A stretch of 16,284 nucleotides of DNA from Acidimicrobiia bacterium (GCA_041576165.1 JBFGLM010000079.1:1-16284); one strand, 5' to 3'. Positions 6,937 to 14,538 are shown, counted from the stretch's first letter. The notes: generated by a model not told the origin, from the letters alone. Made by a program: numbers and translations.

Positions 6937-7215
6937 GAGGTGTTGTTGTGCGGCGTGCCAGTGAGATGACCCGATCGTCATGCTCGTCGGAGAGTGGTCG
7001 ATCCGATAACTGTCTGGGCTTGCTTCCACGAGTTTCACGGGGGCCAGTTCTTCGATGAGGGTTCGTCGTCGTAGAGGGCCAATTGGCGGTCCCTGAGCGG
7101 CCATGGAGGGTGACAGCCAGCCGACCAACCGATGCAGCTGAGAACGCGAATTCAACCACCCGGACCTGTTGCTGTCGCAGACGTTGCGCCAGGTGGATCG
7201 CCTGCCAGGGTCGGG
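6937..7215 (-). pseudogene. Frameshifted fragment of a phage terminase large subunit (C-terminal nuclease domain)
   Basis: Stitching frames gives D[P]WQAIHLAQRLRQQQVRVVEFAFSAASVGRLAVTLHG/LRDRQLALYDDE/LIEELAPVKLVEASPDSYRIDH/SDEHDDRVISLA/AAQQHL, with the DPWQ and HDD signatures of terminase RNase H-like domains. Confidence 0.75.
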
Positions 7216-7247
7216 GATCCGGCCAAGGACGCATGAACAAGTACGCA

Positions 7248-7277
7248 GAAAGGGAGCGGCTGACGCCGCTCCCTTTC
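7248..7277 (-). terminator. Intrinsic terminator downstream of nirK
   Basis: Perfect 13-bp stem GAAAGGGAGCGGC-TGAC-GCCGCTCCCTTTC, 9 nt past the nirK stop. Confidence 0.85.
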
Positions 7278-7286
7278 ATCATGGTC

Positions 7287-8909
7287 TCACGCCTCGACGA
7301 TCACCTTGGCGCGCATCCAGGGATGGGGCGTGCAGAAGTACTCGAACTCGCCGACCTCGTTGAAAGTGTACGACCAGGTCTCGTCCGGGTCGAGGAACCC
7401 CGAATCGAAGCTGCCGTCCACGGCCGTGACCGTATGGATCATGTCCGGGTCGTCTTGGGTCCACGTGACGGTGGTGCCCACCTCGATCCGCAGCACATTG
7501 ATGCTGTAGTCGGCAGGGTCCTCGCCTTCAATGAACTCGTCCGCGGCGTCCATCGGTGCCAACGTCCCTGAACCCTCCACGATGGAGACGGTGGGTCCGG
7601 CCGGAGCCGCCGGCTCCGGCTCTGGCTGCGGCTCCTCGGGCGGTGCCACGGCCGAGAAGATCTCCGGATTGGGCTCTCCCCCGATGACGATCATCCCCAG
7701 CGCTCCCTTGTCGAAGGTCCGCGCCAGGGCGTGGTCGACCAGAATCACGGTCGAGGGTACCTGGCCGATGAGCTCGACCACGGTCCCACCACCGGCGGGA
7801 ACCAGCGTCGTCTGTGAACCCCGCAAAGGAGGGTTGATCAACGCCGCTTCCTGGTATACCGCGTCCCAATGCGATCCAATGGGATGGAAGTTGGAGTCGA
7901 GGTTCAGACCGGCATTGACGAAGTAGATGCGGGCGGTCTCGCCGACGCTCATCTCGAGGGCGTTGTCGCCGGCGAGGGCGCCGACTGCGCCGTTGAATAC
8001 GACGTAGCTGGGATCCTCGTTGGTGATCGCTTCGCGGTCGGTCTCCACCAGGCCCGGGCCTTTGCCATCCGTGTAGTACTCGGACTGGACCATGTAGAAC
8101 TCGTGCTCGACCTCCGGTAGAGGGGTTTCGGGATCGACCAGGATCCCTCCGTGCATGCCGTGGCTGATGTGCAACGGCACATCGCCGTAAGCGCAGTGAT
8201 ACATGAAGAAACCGGAGTAGAGGAGTCGGGCCTCGATCGTGGCCGTCTCGCCGGGTGCCACGACCAGATCGGCTGCTCCCCCGCCCTGGCCCGTCACTGC
8301 GTGAAGGTCCACATTGTGGGGATGGGTGTTGCCGGCCGGGTTGGTCAAGGTGAAACGCAGCAGATCTCCGACGCGGGCGCGAATCACCGGTCCGGGAGTG
8401 CCGGAGACGACGGCCGGATCGCCGTCGATCCGGTAGCCCCAGGTCTCGTATTCGGTGCCTGTTTCCGGGTCAATCGTGACGACGTTCTCCACCACTTCGA
8501 AATGAACCTCAACGATCGCCTGAGCGTTGCGTCCCGACGGGGGAGGCATTGCGGGGGCATTGGCCACGTTGACCTCGCCGGCGGGAACGGGCGACAACTG
8601 CGCAATCGGCGTCAGCTCCGGAATGATGCTCACCCCGGCCTCGAGGCCGGTCGTCACCGCCACGTCTGCCAACAGTGCGTCGACCTTTTCGCCGACCAAC
8701 CCGTCGTCCACCGAATTGCGGCTGGCCGTGATCCACAACGAGGCCACGGCGAGGGCTAGACCCAGGATCCCGACCAGGACTCCGATGACCGCCAACGACC
8801 CCAGCGTGTAGTGGGGGTGGGGTGGCGTCGGCCGGGGTGGGCCCGTCCGGGAGGCTGCTTTGTCTCTGCGTTCTTCTTCAACCGGCGGCCGGTCGATTGT
8901 CTGTACCAT
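7287..8909 (-). CDS. nirK: Copper-containing nitrite reductase with N-terminal TM anchor and C-terminal cupredoxin domain
   Basis: HNVDLHAVTG (T1 His, catalytic Asp, T2 His), YHCA...HISHGM (T2 His, T1 Cys/His/Met), SNFHPIG (catalytic His), LVDHAL (T2 His). C-terminal HTVT...YFCTPHPWM plastocyanin/amicyanin-type site. AAAGGAG RBS. Confidence 0.92.
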   Translation of the reverse strand: MVQTIDRPPVEEERRDKAASRTGPPRPTPPHPHYTLGSLAVIGVLVGILGLALAVASLWITASRNSVDDGLVGEKVDALLADVAVTTGLEAGVSIIPELTPIAQLSPVPAGEVNVANAPAMPPPSGRNAQAIVEVHFEVVENVVTIDPETGTEYETWGYRIDGDPAVVSGTPGPVIRARVGDLLRFTLTNPAGNTHPHNVDLHAVTGQGGGAADLVVAPGETATIEARLLYSGFFMYHCAYGDVPLHISHGMHGGILVDPETPLPEVEHEFYMVQSEYYTDGKGPGLVETDREAITNEDPSYVVFNGAVGALAGDNALEMSVGETARIYFVNAGLNLDSNFHPIGSHWDAVYQEAALINPPLRGSQTTLVPAGGGTVVELIGQVPSTVILVDHALARTFDKGALGMIVIGGEPNPEIFSAVAPPEEPQPEPEPAAPAGPTVSIVEGSGTLAPMDAADEFIEGEDPADYSINVLRIEVGTTVTWTQDDPDMIHTVTAVDGSFDSGFLDPDETWSYTFNEVGEFEYFCTPHPWMRAKVIVEA

Positions 8910-8921
8910 CGAAGACTCCTT

Positions 8922-9308
8922 TCATGACGTTGCCAGCACCGGGATGCGGCCGAGCTCTTCGACGAGCTTTGCCTGAGCGGTGTTCCACAACTCGTGCAGG
9001 GCACACTGCTCCACTCCCGGACATACGGACCCGCGCAAAACGCAGCGGTTGCTCGGTATCTCTCCTTCGACTGCTTCGATCAGGTCGAGCAGCGAGACGG
9101 CCGCGTGTTCGAGCCGATAACCGCCATTGGGGCCCCGGTCGGAAGTCACCCAGCCGCGCCTGATGAGGGGTGCCATCACCTGTGGCAGAAAGTTGGCGGT
9201 GGTGCCGATCGTTTCCGCCAGCACGCTGCCTGCTGTCATCGAATCGGTCGTCAAACTCCGAAGCGCTCGCATCGCCAGCTCCGTCTTCTTCTGGAGGGTG
9301 AATTCCAT
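8922..9308 (-). CDS. Rrf2-family Fe-S transcriptional regulator
   Basis: wHTH with SDRGPNGGYRL and SLLDLIEAVEG. C-terminal C-x6-C-x5-C-x2-H cluster ligands. Confidence 0.93.
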   Translation of the reverse strand: MEFTLQKKTELAMRALRSLTTDSMTAGSVLAETIGTTANFLPQVMAPLIRRGWVTSDRGPNGGYRLEHAAVSLLDLIEAVEGEIPSNRCVLRGSVCPGVEQCALHELWNTAQAKLVEELGRIPVLATS

Positions 9309-9339
9309 AGTTCAATAGTCGTCAACTATGGAATTCACC
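9297..9339. promoter_or_regulatory. Perfect 16-bp inverted repeat overlapping the rrf2 start codon (candidate Rrf2 operator or RNA hairpin)
   Basis: GGTGAATTCCATAGTT-N11-AACTATGGAATTCACC. AT-rich relative to its surroundings. Confidence 0.75.
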
Positions 9340-9341
9340 AC

Positions 9342-9359
9342 TAGGGCCGTTGGTCCCGG
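9342..9359 (-). promoter_or_regulatory. DosR/DevR-type binding box candidate
   Basis: Minus strand ccGGGACCAACGGCCCta fits GGGACNWWNGNCCC, centred 42.5 bp upstream of the rrf2 ATG. Confidence 0.55.
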
Positions 9360-9406
9360 TTTGTCCCGGCGCAGGGGCCCCGGCTCGGATGGGCCCCTGG
9401 ATTCGT

Positions 9407-10588
9407 CTACTCGAGCAGAACCCGAACGGCCCGGGGAGAGCGATACTCGTGGCCCCGGAACACGGTCTCATGCTCGGGGTCGAGCTGAATGGAAGGGAAC
9501 CGCTCCAGGAGCATTTGAATGGCCACCCGCAGCTGAACCCGGGCAAAGTGATGACCGATGCAGTAGTGCGGGCCGATGGCAAACGACAAGTGAGCTCGCT
9601 TGGGTCGACGAATGTCATACTCGTCGGCGGTCGGACCCCAGATGGCGCGATCGCGGTTGGCCGAGGCCACCACGAGAATGACCCGAGCGTCGTCGGGGAG
9701 CGTCACCCCCTCCAGCGTGGTTCCCGGAGCAACTCCGCGCAACAGATTCCCGATCGGAGCGGTCCAGCGCAGACCCTCTTCGACCGCAGCCGGCACCAAG
9801 GCCGGACGCTGTTGTACGGCCCGCAGCTGAGCCGGGTGGTCGAGCAGGCAATAGGCGATGGTTGCTCCGCCGTGGGCCGGTTCCTGCAGGCCTCCCAACA
9901 GGACGAGCTTGAGTGACGGCATCGCCCACGCCAGCCGATCCTCCAGGCTGCCCGACCGGGCATGGATGAGGTTGGACAGCATCGAACCGTCCGGATCGGC
10001 GAGGAGCATTTCGAACCGGGGACGCAGGGTCTTGTCGATCTCGCGTCGGACGAGATCGCAATACGCGGTCTTGTCGGGGTCGTCCTCATAGTTGGAGACT
10101 CCGGCAGCAAGGCCACCGAACCAGTTGCGCAGCATGTCGAGGTCGACCAGGTCTGCGATGCCGATGGCGTGCGCCAGCGACCATAACGAGATCGGCTCGA
10201 AGTAGTCCCCAACCAGTTCGGCGACAGAGCCGGCGGCCATGCGATCCAGCTGCTCGGCGCACAACTGTTCGAAGACGCCGGGCATGGTGGCCTCGACCGC
10301 CCGGGGTCGAAAACTGTCATCGAACGGGCGTCGCCGTTCCCGGGCCGGTTCGCCGTCGGTGGTCATCATCGACACGCCCCCCAACGCCCGATCAGTAGGA
10401 GACCGTTCGACGTGCGCAGGAAACCGATTCGGATCGGTGGCGGCCTCCGTGACCCCATCCCAGCCCGTGACCATCCACACGTCCAGACAGGGCATGTAGG
10501 CCACCGGCGCCTCTGCTCGCAGGCGCGCGTAAATCGGATAGGGATCCGCTTCGAGCTCGTCGACCGTCACCCCCTGCAGCTCGATCAC
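9407..10588 (-). CDS. Cytochrome P450, CYP255/GcoA-like (aromatic O-dealkylase clade)
   Basis: Heme motif FAIGPHYCIG, ExxR (EEGLRWTAPI), I-helix LLGGLQEPAHG resembling GcoA LLGAMQEPGHG, N-terminus VTVDELEADPYPIYARLRAEAP. GTG start overlaps the ferredoxin stop (GTGA). Confidence 0.92.
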   Translation of the reverse strand: MIELQGVTVDELEADPYPIYARLRAEAPVAYMPCLDVWMVTGWDGVTEAATDPNRFPAHVERSPTDRALGGVSMMTTDGEPARERRRPFDDSFRPRAVEATMPGVFEQLCAEQLDRMAAGSVAELVGDYFEPISLWSLAHAIGIADLVDLDMLRNWFGGLAAGVSNYEDDPDKTAYCDLVRREIDKTLRPRFEMLLADPDGSMLSNLIHARSGSLEDRLAWAMPSLKLVLLGGLQEPAHGGATIAYCLLDHPAQLRAVQQRPALVPAAVEEGLRWTAPIGNLLRGVAPGTTLEGVTLPDDARVILVVASANRDRAIWGPTADEYDIRRPKRAHLSFAIGPHYCIGHHFARVQLRVAIQMLLERFPSIQLDPEHETVFRGHEYRSPRAVRVLLE

Positions 10589-10893
10589 GGTTCGCCTTCT
10601 ATCCGCAGTTCGATCTTGCCATGGCGCATCCGGGTCTCGAACCGGTACAGCGGAGACTCGGCGGGCGGCCGCAACACGGCGCCCGTCCTGAGGTCGAACT
10701 CTGAGCCATGGCAGTTGCAGATGACCACACCACCGTCGATCTCGCCGTCACGGCTGAAGGCGCAGCCTGCATGTGTGCACCGATCCTCGAACGCAACCCA
10801 TTCCTCCCCCACCTTCGCAATCACGAGACTCCAGCCGTCCTTTTCGACGAAGGCCACCTCGCCACCGGCCACGTCGACCTCGTGCCAGGTCAC
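10585..10893 (-). CDS. Rieske-type [2Fe-2S] ferredoxin
   Basis: C-T-H ... C-N-C-H-G-S-E-F-D-L-R-T-G motif in a 102-aa soluble protein. Confidence 0.93.
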   Translation of the reverse strand: MTWHEVDVAGGEVAFVEKDGWSLVIAKVGEEWVAFEDRCTHAGCAFSRDGEIDGGVVICNCHGSEFDLRTGAVLRPPAESPLYRFETRMRHGKIELRIEGEP

Positions 10894-11006
10894 GGTGAAC
10901 TCGATTCTCGATGATGCGCCATTGCACCACGATACGGCACGATCGTCGGCCCTGTGGCGCGAGCACAGTGCGCTCCCAAACTGCCGACCAACTCAGCCGG
11001 GTCCGG

Positions 11007-12059
11007 TCAGCCGGCGGCTTTGGCGAGCGAGACGCGGTTCTTGCCGGCAGCTTTGCTCTGGAACAGGCACTGGTCGGCGGCGATCAACAGATCCTTCTTG
11101 TCACCGGCATCATCCGGGTAGGTGGCGAGGCCGAAGGATGCCGATACCCATACCTCGAGGTCCTCATCGGTGAGAAACGGGGTGGTGGAGATCGCCTTCT
11201 TCATGCGCTCGGTCTTGGCGAGAGCCTCGTCGGTGTCCTGGTCGGGCAAGATCACGACATACTCGTCTCCCCCGTACCGAACGAGCTGGTCGTCGGGGTC
11301 CAGCTCGCCATCTACCACCTGAGCGACCTGGCGCAGAACCTTGGCTCCCAACAGGTGCCCGTGGGTGTCGACCACCTCTTTGAAGCCGTCCATGTCGAAG
11401 AACACGAGCGACAGCTTCCGCCGGTCGGAGCCGTTCGTGGCCAGCCGCTGATCCAGGTACTGGTGGAGAAACCGCGTGTTGTGATACCCGGAGACGTCGT
11501 CGGTGACGCTGGCCAACTTCAATTGTTCGTTGGCCTCCTCCAGCCGCTTGCGATTCTCGGTCTGTTCGCCGATCAGCCGGCGCAGCTCGAGCTGGGCCAT
11601 CACCTGCCGGGCCAGCACCCGCAAGGCGCGGGTCTGGTGATCCGACAACTCTCGCTCAACATGGTCGATCACACACAACGTTCCGAGCACCTCGCCGGTG
11701 GCGGTGACCAGCGGAGCCCCGGCGTAGAAACGGATTTTGGGGTTGTTCTTGACTAGCGGATTCTCGGCGAACCGCAGGTCCTCGCTGGCGTTGGGAACAA
11801 TCATGACATCGGGTCCCAGGATCGCATGTGCGCAGAAAGCAATGTCGCGGGGGGTCTCGCTGACGTTAAGTCCGACTTTGGACTTGAACCACTGCCGGTC
11901 GTCGTCGATGAGGCTGACAGCTGCAATCGGAACGTCACAGATGTCCGACACGAGTGCGGTGATGTCGTCGTAGGCGGCCTCCGGCATCGTGTCCAGGATG
12001 TTGTATTCGGTCAGCGTTGCGAGACGCTGCGACTCATCCGCAGGCAATTCGGCTCTCAT
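11007..12059 (-). CDS. GAF-GGDEF diguanylate cyclase
   Basis: N-terminal GAF (RDIAFCAHAI, IRFYAGAPL, GTLCVID), coiled-coil linker, DMDGFKEVVDTHGH, RYGGDEY active site. Confidence 0.93.
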   Translation of the reverse strand: MRAELPADESQRLATLTEYNILDTMPEAAYDDITALVSDICDVPIAAVSLIDDDRQWFKSKVGLNVSETPRDIAFCAHAILGPDVMIVPNASEDLRFAENPLVKNNPKIRFYAGAPLVTATGEVLGTLCVIDHVERELSDHQTRALRVLARQVMAQLELRRLIGEQTENRKRLEEANEQLKLASVTDDVSGYHNTRFLHQYLDQRLATNGSDRRKLSLVFFDMDGFKEVVDTHGHLLGAKVLRQVAQVVDGELDPDDQLVRYGGDEYVVILPDQDTDEALAKTERMKKAISTTPFLTDEDLEVWVSASFGLATYPDDAGDKKDLLIAADQCLFQSKAAGKNRVSLAKAAG

Positions 12060-12277
12060 TGGATTGGTCCCTCGGCGTAGTTAAGGGCCGCTGCACGCGG
12101 CCCCTCCGTCATGGGGAAGATAGTCGGTGTATCACGGAGAGCAAGGGCGGGGTGGTATCTCACCCACTCTGCGCATCCGTGCTCCGTGATCACGGCGCCC
12201 AACACTACCCACCACTGGCCGCGCCCCATTGGAAGAGTGCGTAAGCTCAGGCCAGGAGCCCATACAGGCAGGTCACG

Positions 12278-12673
12278 ATGGCCCAACAGCCGATCGAGCT
12301 GGTATTGCTGAAGCAGTGGGCTACGTATATCACCATCCCGATGTGGATCATGGACGAGACCGGCAATCTCGTGTTCTACAACGATCCAGCTGAATCGATC
12401 ATCGGTGAACGATTCGATGTCGTCGGTGAAATCAATGCCGACGATTTGGCCGATCGGTTCATCACACGGGGCCTCGACGGAGAGCCCATGGAGAACAAGA
12501 CGTTGCCGATCGTCATCGCGCTCACCGAAGGCCATCCGTCTCACGCCCAGCTCCAGCTCCGGGGCCTCGACGGGTCATGGCGCGAGATCGAAGTGGCTGC
12601 CATCCCAATTGCGGGACAAGGCGGGCGCAACCTGGGCGCGTTCGCGATGTTCTGGGAAATGCCCAACGAATGA
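12278..12673 (+). CDS. Stand-alone PAS-domain protein
   Basis: WIMDETGNLVFYNDPAESIIG PAS motif and C-terminal DGSWREIEVAAIPI...G...GAFAMF PAC-like motif. Confidence 0.88.
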   Translation: MAQQPIELVLLKQWATYITIPMWIMDETGNLVFYNDPAESIIGERFDVVGEINADDLADRFITRGLDGEPMENKTLPIVIALTEGHPSHAQLQLRGLDGSWREIEVAAIPIAGQGGRNLGAFAMFWEMPNE

Positions 12674-13497
12674 ACGTCCAGTTGTGGGGGACGCGGGGAT
12701 CGCTGGCGGCCGCCGGCGCTGACACGGTGGAATTCGGCGGGGATACCGCGTCGGTGGAGGTTCGGGGAAGTGGAGGCGAAGCGATCGTCCTGGACGCCGG
12801 ATCGGGCGTCCGCCCGCTGGGCGACAAACTGGTCGGGGAACACCGGATCGACATCCTCCTCACGCATCTTCACATGGACCACATCCAGGGCCTCGGGTTC
12901 TTCACACCGATCTTCAACCCCGACATCGAAACCCACATCTGGGGACCGGCGTCGGACGGCATGGATCTGACCGCCCACCTGGGCAGCTACCTGTCCCCAC
13001 CACTGTTTCCGGTGCGGTTGCGGGACTTGCCCAACACCGAAATCCACGATCTCAAGCCGGGCTCGTTCACCATCGGCAATGTGTCCATCGACACGGACCT
13101 CATCTGCCACCCGGGCCTGACGCTTGGATATCGCCTCACCGATGGCGATGCCACCCTCGCCTACCTACCCGACCATGAGCCGGCGCTCGGGGTGGAGAGT
13201 TTCCCGGGCGATCCGGATTGGACGTCCGGCTTCGGTCTCATCAAGGATGCAAGCGTTCTCATCCACGACGCCCAATACACGGACGACGAGTATCCGAGCC
13301 GGGTGGGGTGGGGCCACAGCACGTTCCAACACACCGTCGATCTCGCCGCGATGGCTGGCGTCGGCACCCTTGTCACGTTCCACCACGACCCGTCTCACAG
13401 CGACGAAATGCTGAACGAGATCCACCAACAGCTGGCGGCCCAGGATCTGCCCTTCCGTCTGGTGCCGGGCCGGACGGGCGTGGCTCTCGAGGTCTGA
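12670..13497 (+). CDS. Metallo-beta-lactamase-fold hydrolase (putative cyclic-nucleotide phosphodiesterase)
   Basis: Start ATG overlaps the PAS stop (ATGA). WGTRGS N-terminus, LDAGSG, THLHMDHIQG, HDAQY, WGHS and FHHDP motifs. Confidence 0.9.
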   Translation: MNVQLWGTRGSLAAAGADTVEFGGDTASVEVRGSGGEAIVLDAGSGVRPLGDKLVGEHRIDILLTHLHMDHIQGLGFFTPIFNPDIETHIWGPASDGMDLTAHLGSYLSPPLFPVRLRDLPNTEIHDLKPGSFTIGNVSIDTDLICHPGLTLGYRLTDGDATLAYLPDHEPALGVESFPGDPDWTSGFGLIKDASVLIHDAQYTDDEYPSRVGWGHSTFQHTVDLAAMAGVGTLVTFHHDPSHSDEMLNEIHQQLAAQDLPFRLVPGRTGVALEV

Positions 13498-13543
13498 TCC
13501 GAGCCCATTTCGTCGGGGCGATGGCGATCAACAGCATCCCGTT

Positions 13544-13569
13544 GTTTGGAGCCGGCGGACTATGGGTAG
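13544..13569 (+). promoter_or_regulatory. SigB/SigF-type general stress promoter
   Basis: GTTT-N16-GGGTAG, 50 nt upstream of GTG 13620. Confidence 0.62.
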
Positions 13570-13619
13570 TGACACCGCCAGAAACCAAATCGTCCTATTC
13601 GTCGAGGAAGGAGCCGACC

Positions 13620-14132
13620 GTGGGCAAGAAGAAGCAGAAGAAGCTGGCCAAGAAGGTTGACCGCTGGATGATCAAACGGGGTGTGACAGAAGAAGATCTC
13701 TCGCTGGCCGGACTTGGTGTGCTGTCCGCCGCAGTCAGCAAGGGCTCCAAGAAGAGTTTCAAGAAGATGAAGGAGCGCGGCGAGAAGCTGGCTGTACACG
13801 GGGTCGGCGCATTGGAAACTGCCCCCGGAACTGAAAGTGGACCAGAGGAACCGGTGATCTCCTATGCCTCAGTGGGTGGCGGCTGGTATTCGGTGGCGGT
13901 CGACAACATCGAGGTGGACCGGGTCCAGGGCGAAGAATCGGCTGCCGCCCGGGCGGGCGAGCTGCTCGAACGATATGCGGCGGTCAACGGGAATGCACAA
14001 TCCGTAGAAACCTCGATCGATCATGCCGGTGGCGGATGGTACGAGGTGACCGTGCGCGGCGTGCCCGTGGCCCGAGTCCGTGGCCGCGACGAAGTCGAAG
14101 AGCGCTTCGGCCACCTGCTCGCCAGGACCTGA
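13620..14132 (+). CDS. Hypothetical protein: Lys-rich N-terminus and two GGGWY-motif repeats
   Basis: AAGGAG RBS before GTG 13620. The ORF-track extension to 13218 overlaps the MBL gene and is unlikely. Confidence 0.8.
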   Translation: MGKKKQKKLAKKVDRWMIKRGVTEEDLSLAGLGVLSAAVSKGSKKSFKKMKERGEKLAVHGVGALETAPGTESGPEEPVISYASVGGGWYSVAVDNIEVDRVQGEESAAARAGELLERYAAVNGNAQSVETSIDHAGGGWYEVTVRGVPVARVRGRDEVEERFGHLLART

Positions 14133-14195
14133 TCCGCGCCGGCCGGTGAACGAGTGCCTTTCGACTCGATTTCGCGCTAAAATCCAGGTCTGCGA

Positions 14196-14270
<75 letters not shown>

Positions 14271-14274
14271 CGAA

Positions 14275-14309
14275 GAGAAAGGTCGAACCCTCGCGGTTCG
14301 GCCTTTCTC
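14275..14309 (+). terminator. Intrinsic terminator after tRNA-fMet
   Basis: GAGAAAGGTCGAACC-CTCGC-GGTTCGGCCTTTCTC. Confidence 0.85.
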
Positions 14310-14469
14310 GATACATAGGCGATTTGAACCCGGGCGAACGGGAATCCTACGGATTCCTTAGGAGTTTGCTCCGCAAACTCCAGCCGACGTTTTTCGATGT
14401 GATTGCGGGCGCCGTGAGCGCAGCAGTTCTGCTCATGGCATGCGCAGAGTGTGATAGCCCCTCAAATCG

Positions 14470-14538
14470 AGGTCGCAGGCTCAAATCCCGCCCCCGCTAC
14501 GAACGAGAGAAGATCGGACCGTATGTGGTTCGGCCTTT
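14470..14538 (+). repeat. Degenerate direct copy of the tRNA-fMet 3' end plus terminator
   Basis: 14470-14503 matches 14241-14274 at 32/34 nt and is followed by a diverged copy of the terminator (..GGTTCGGCCTTT). Period is 229 bp. Confidence 0.9.

Noticed and set aside
6548-7282. 244-aa and 105-aa minus-strand ORFs as real genes
   Set aside because: Each carries only parts of the frameshifted terminase remnant, and the longer one overlaps the 6350-6775 gene.
9328-9681. Plus-strand ORF starting MEFT like rrf2
   Set aside because: A by-product of the inverted repeat. The rest is antisense to the P450 and not protein-like.
9407-10588. Fungal-type P450nor (CYP55) assignment
   Set aside because: Motifs resemble CYP255/GcoA, and a dedicated ferredoxin is present, which P450nor does not need.
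12056-12544. Minus-strand 162-aa ORF overlapping the cyclase start
   Set aside because: More than half is antisense to the PAS gene, it has no recognisable motif, and the cyclase has its own RBS.
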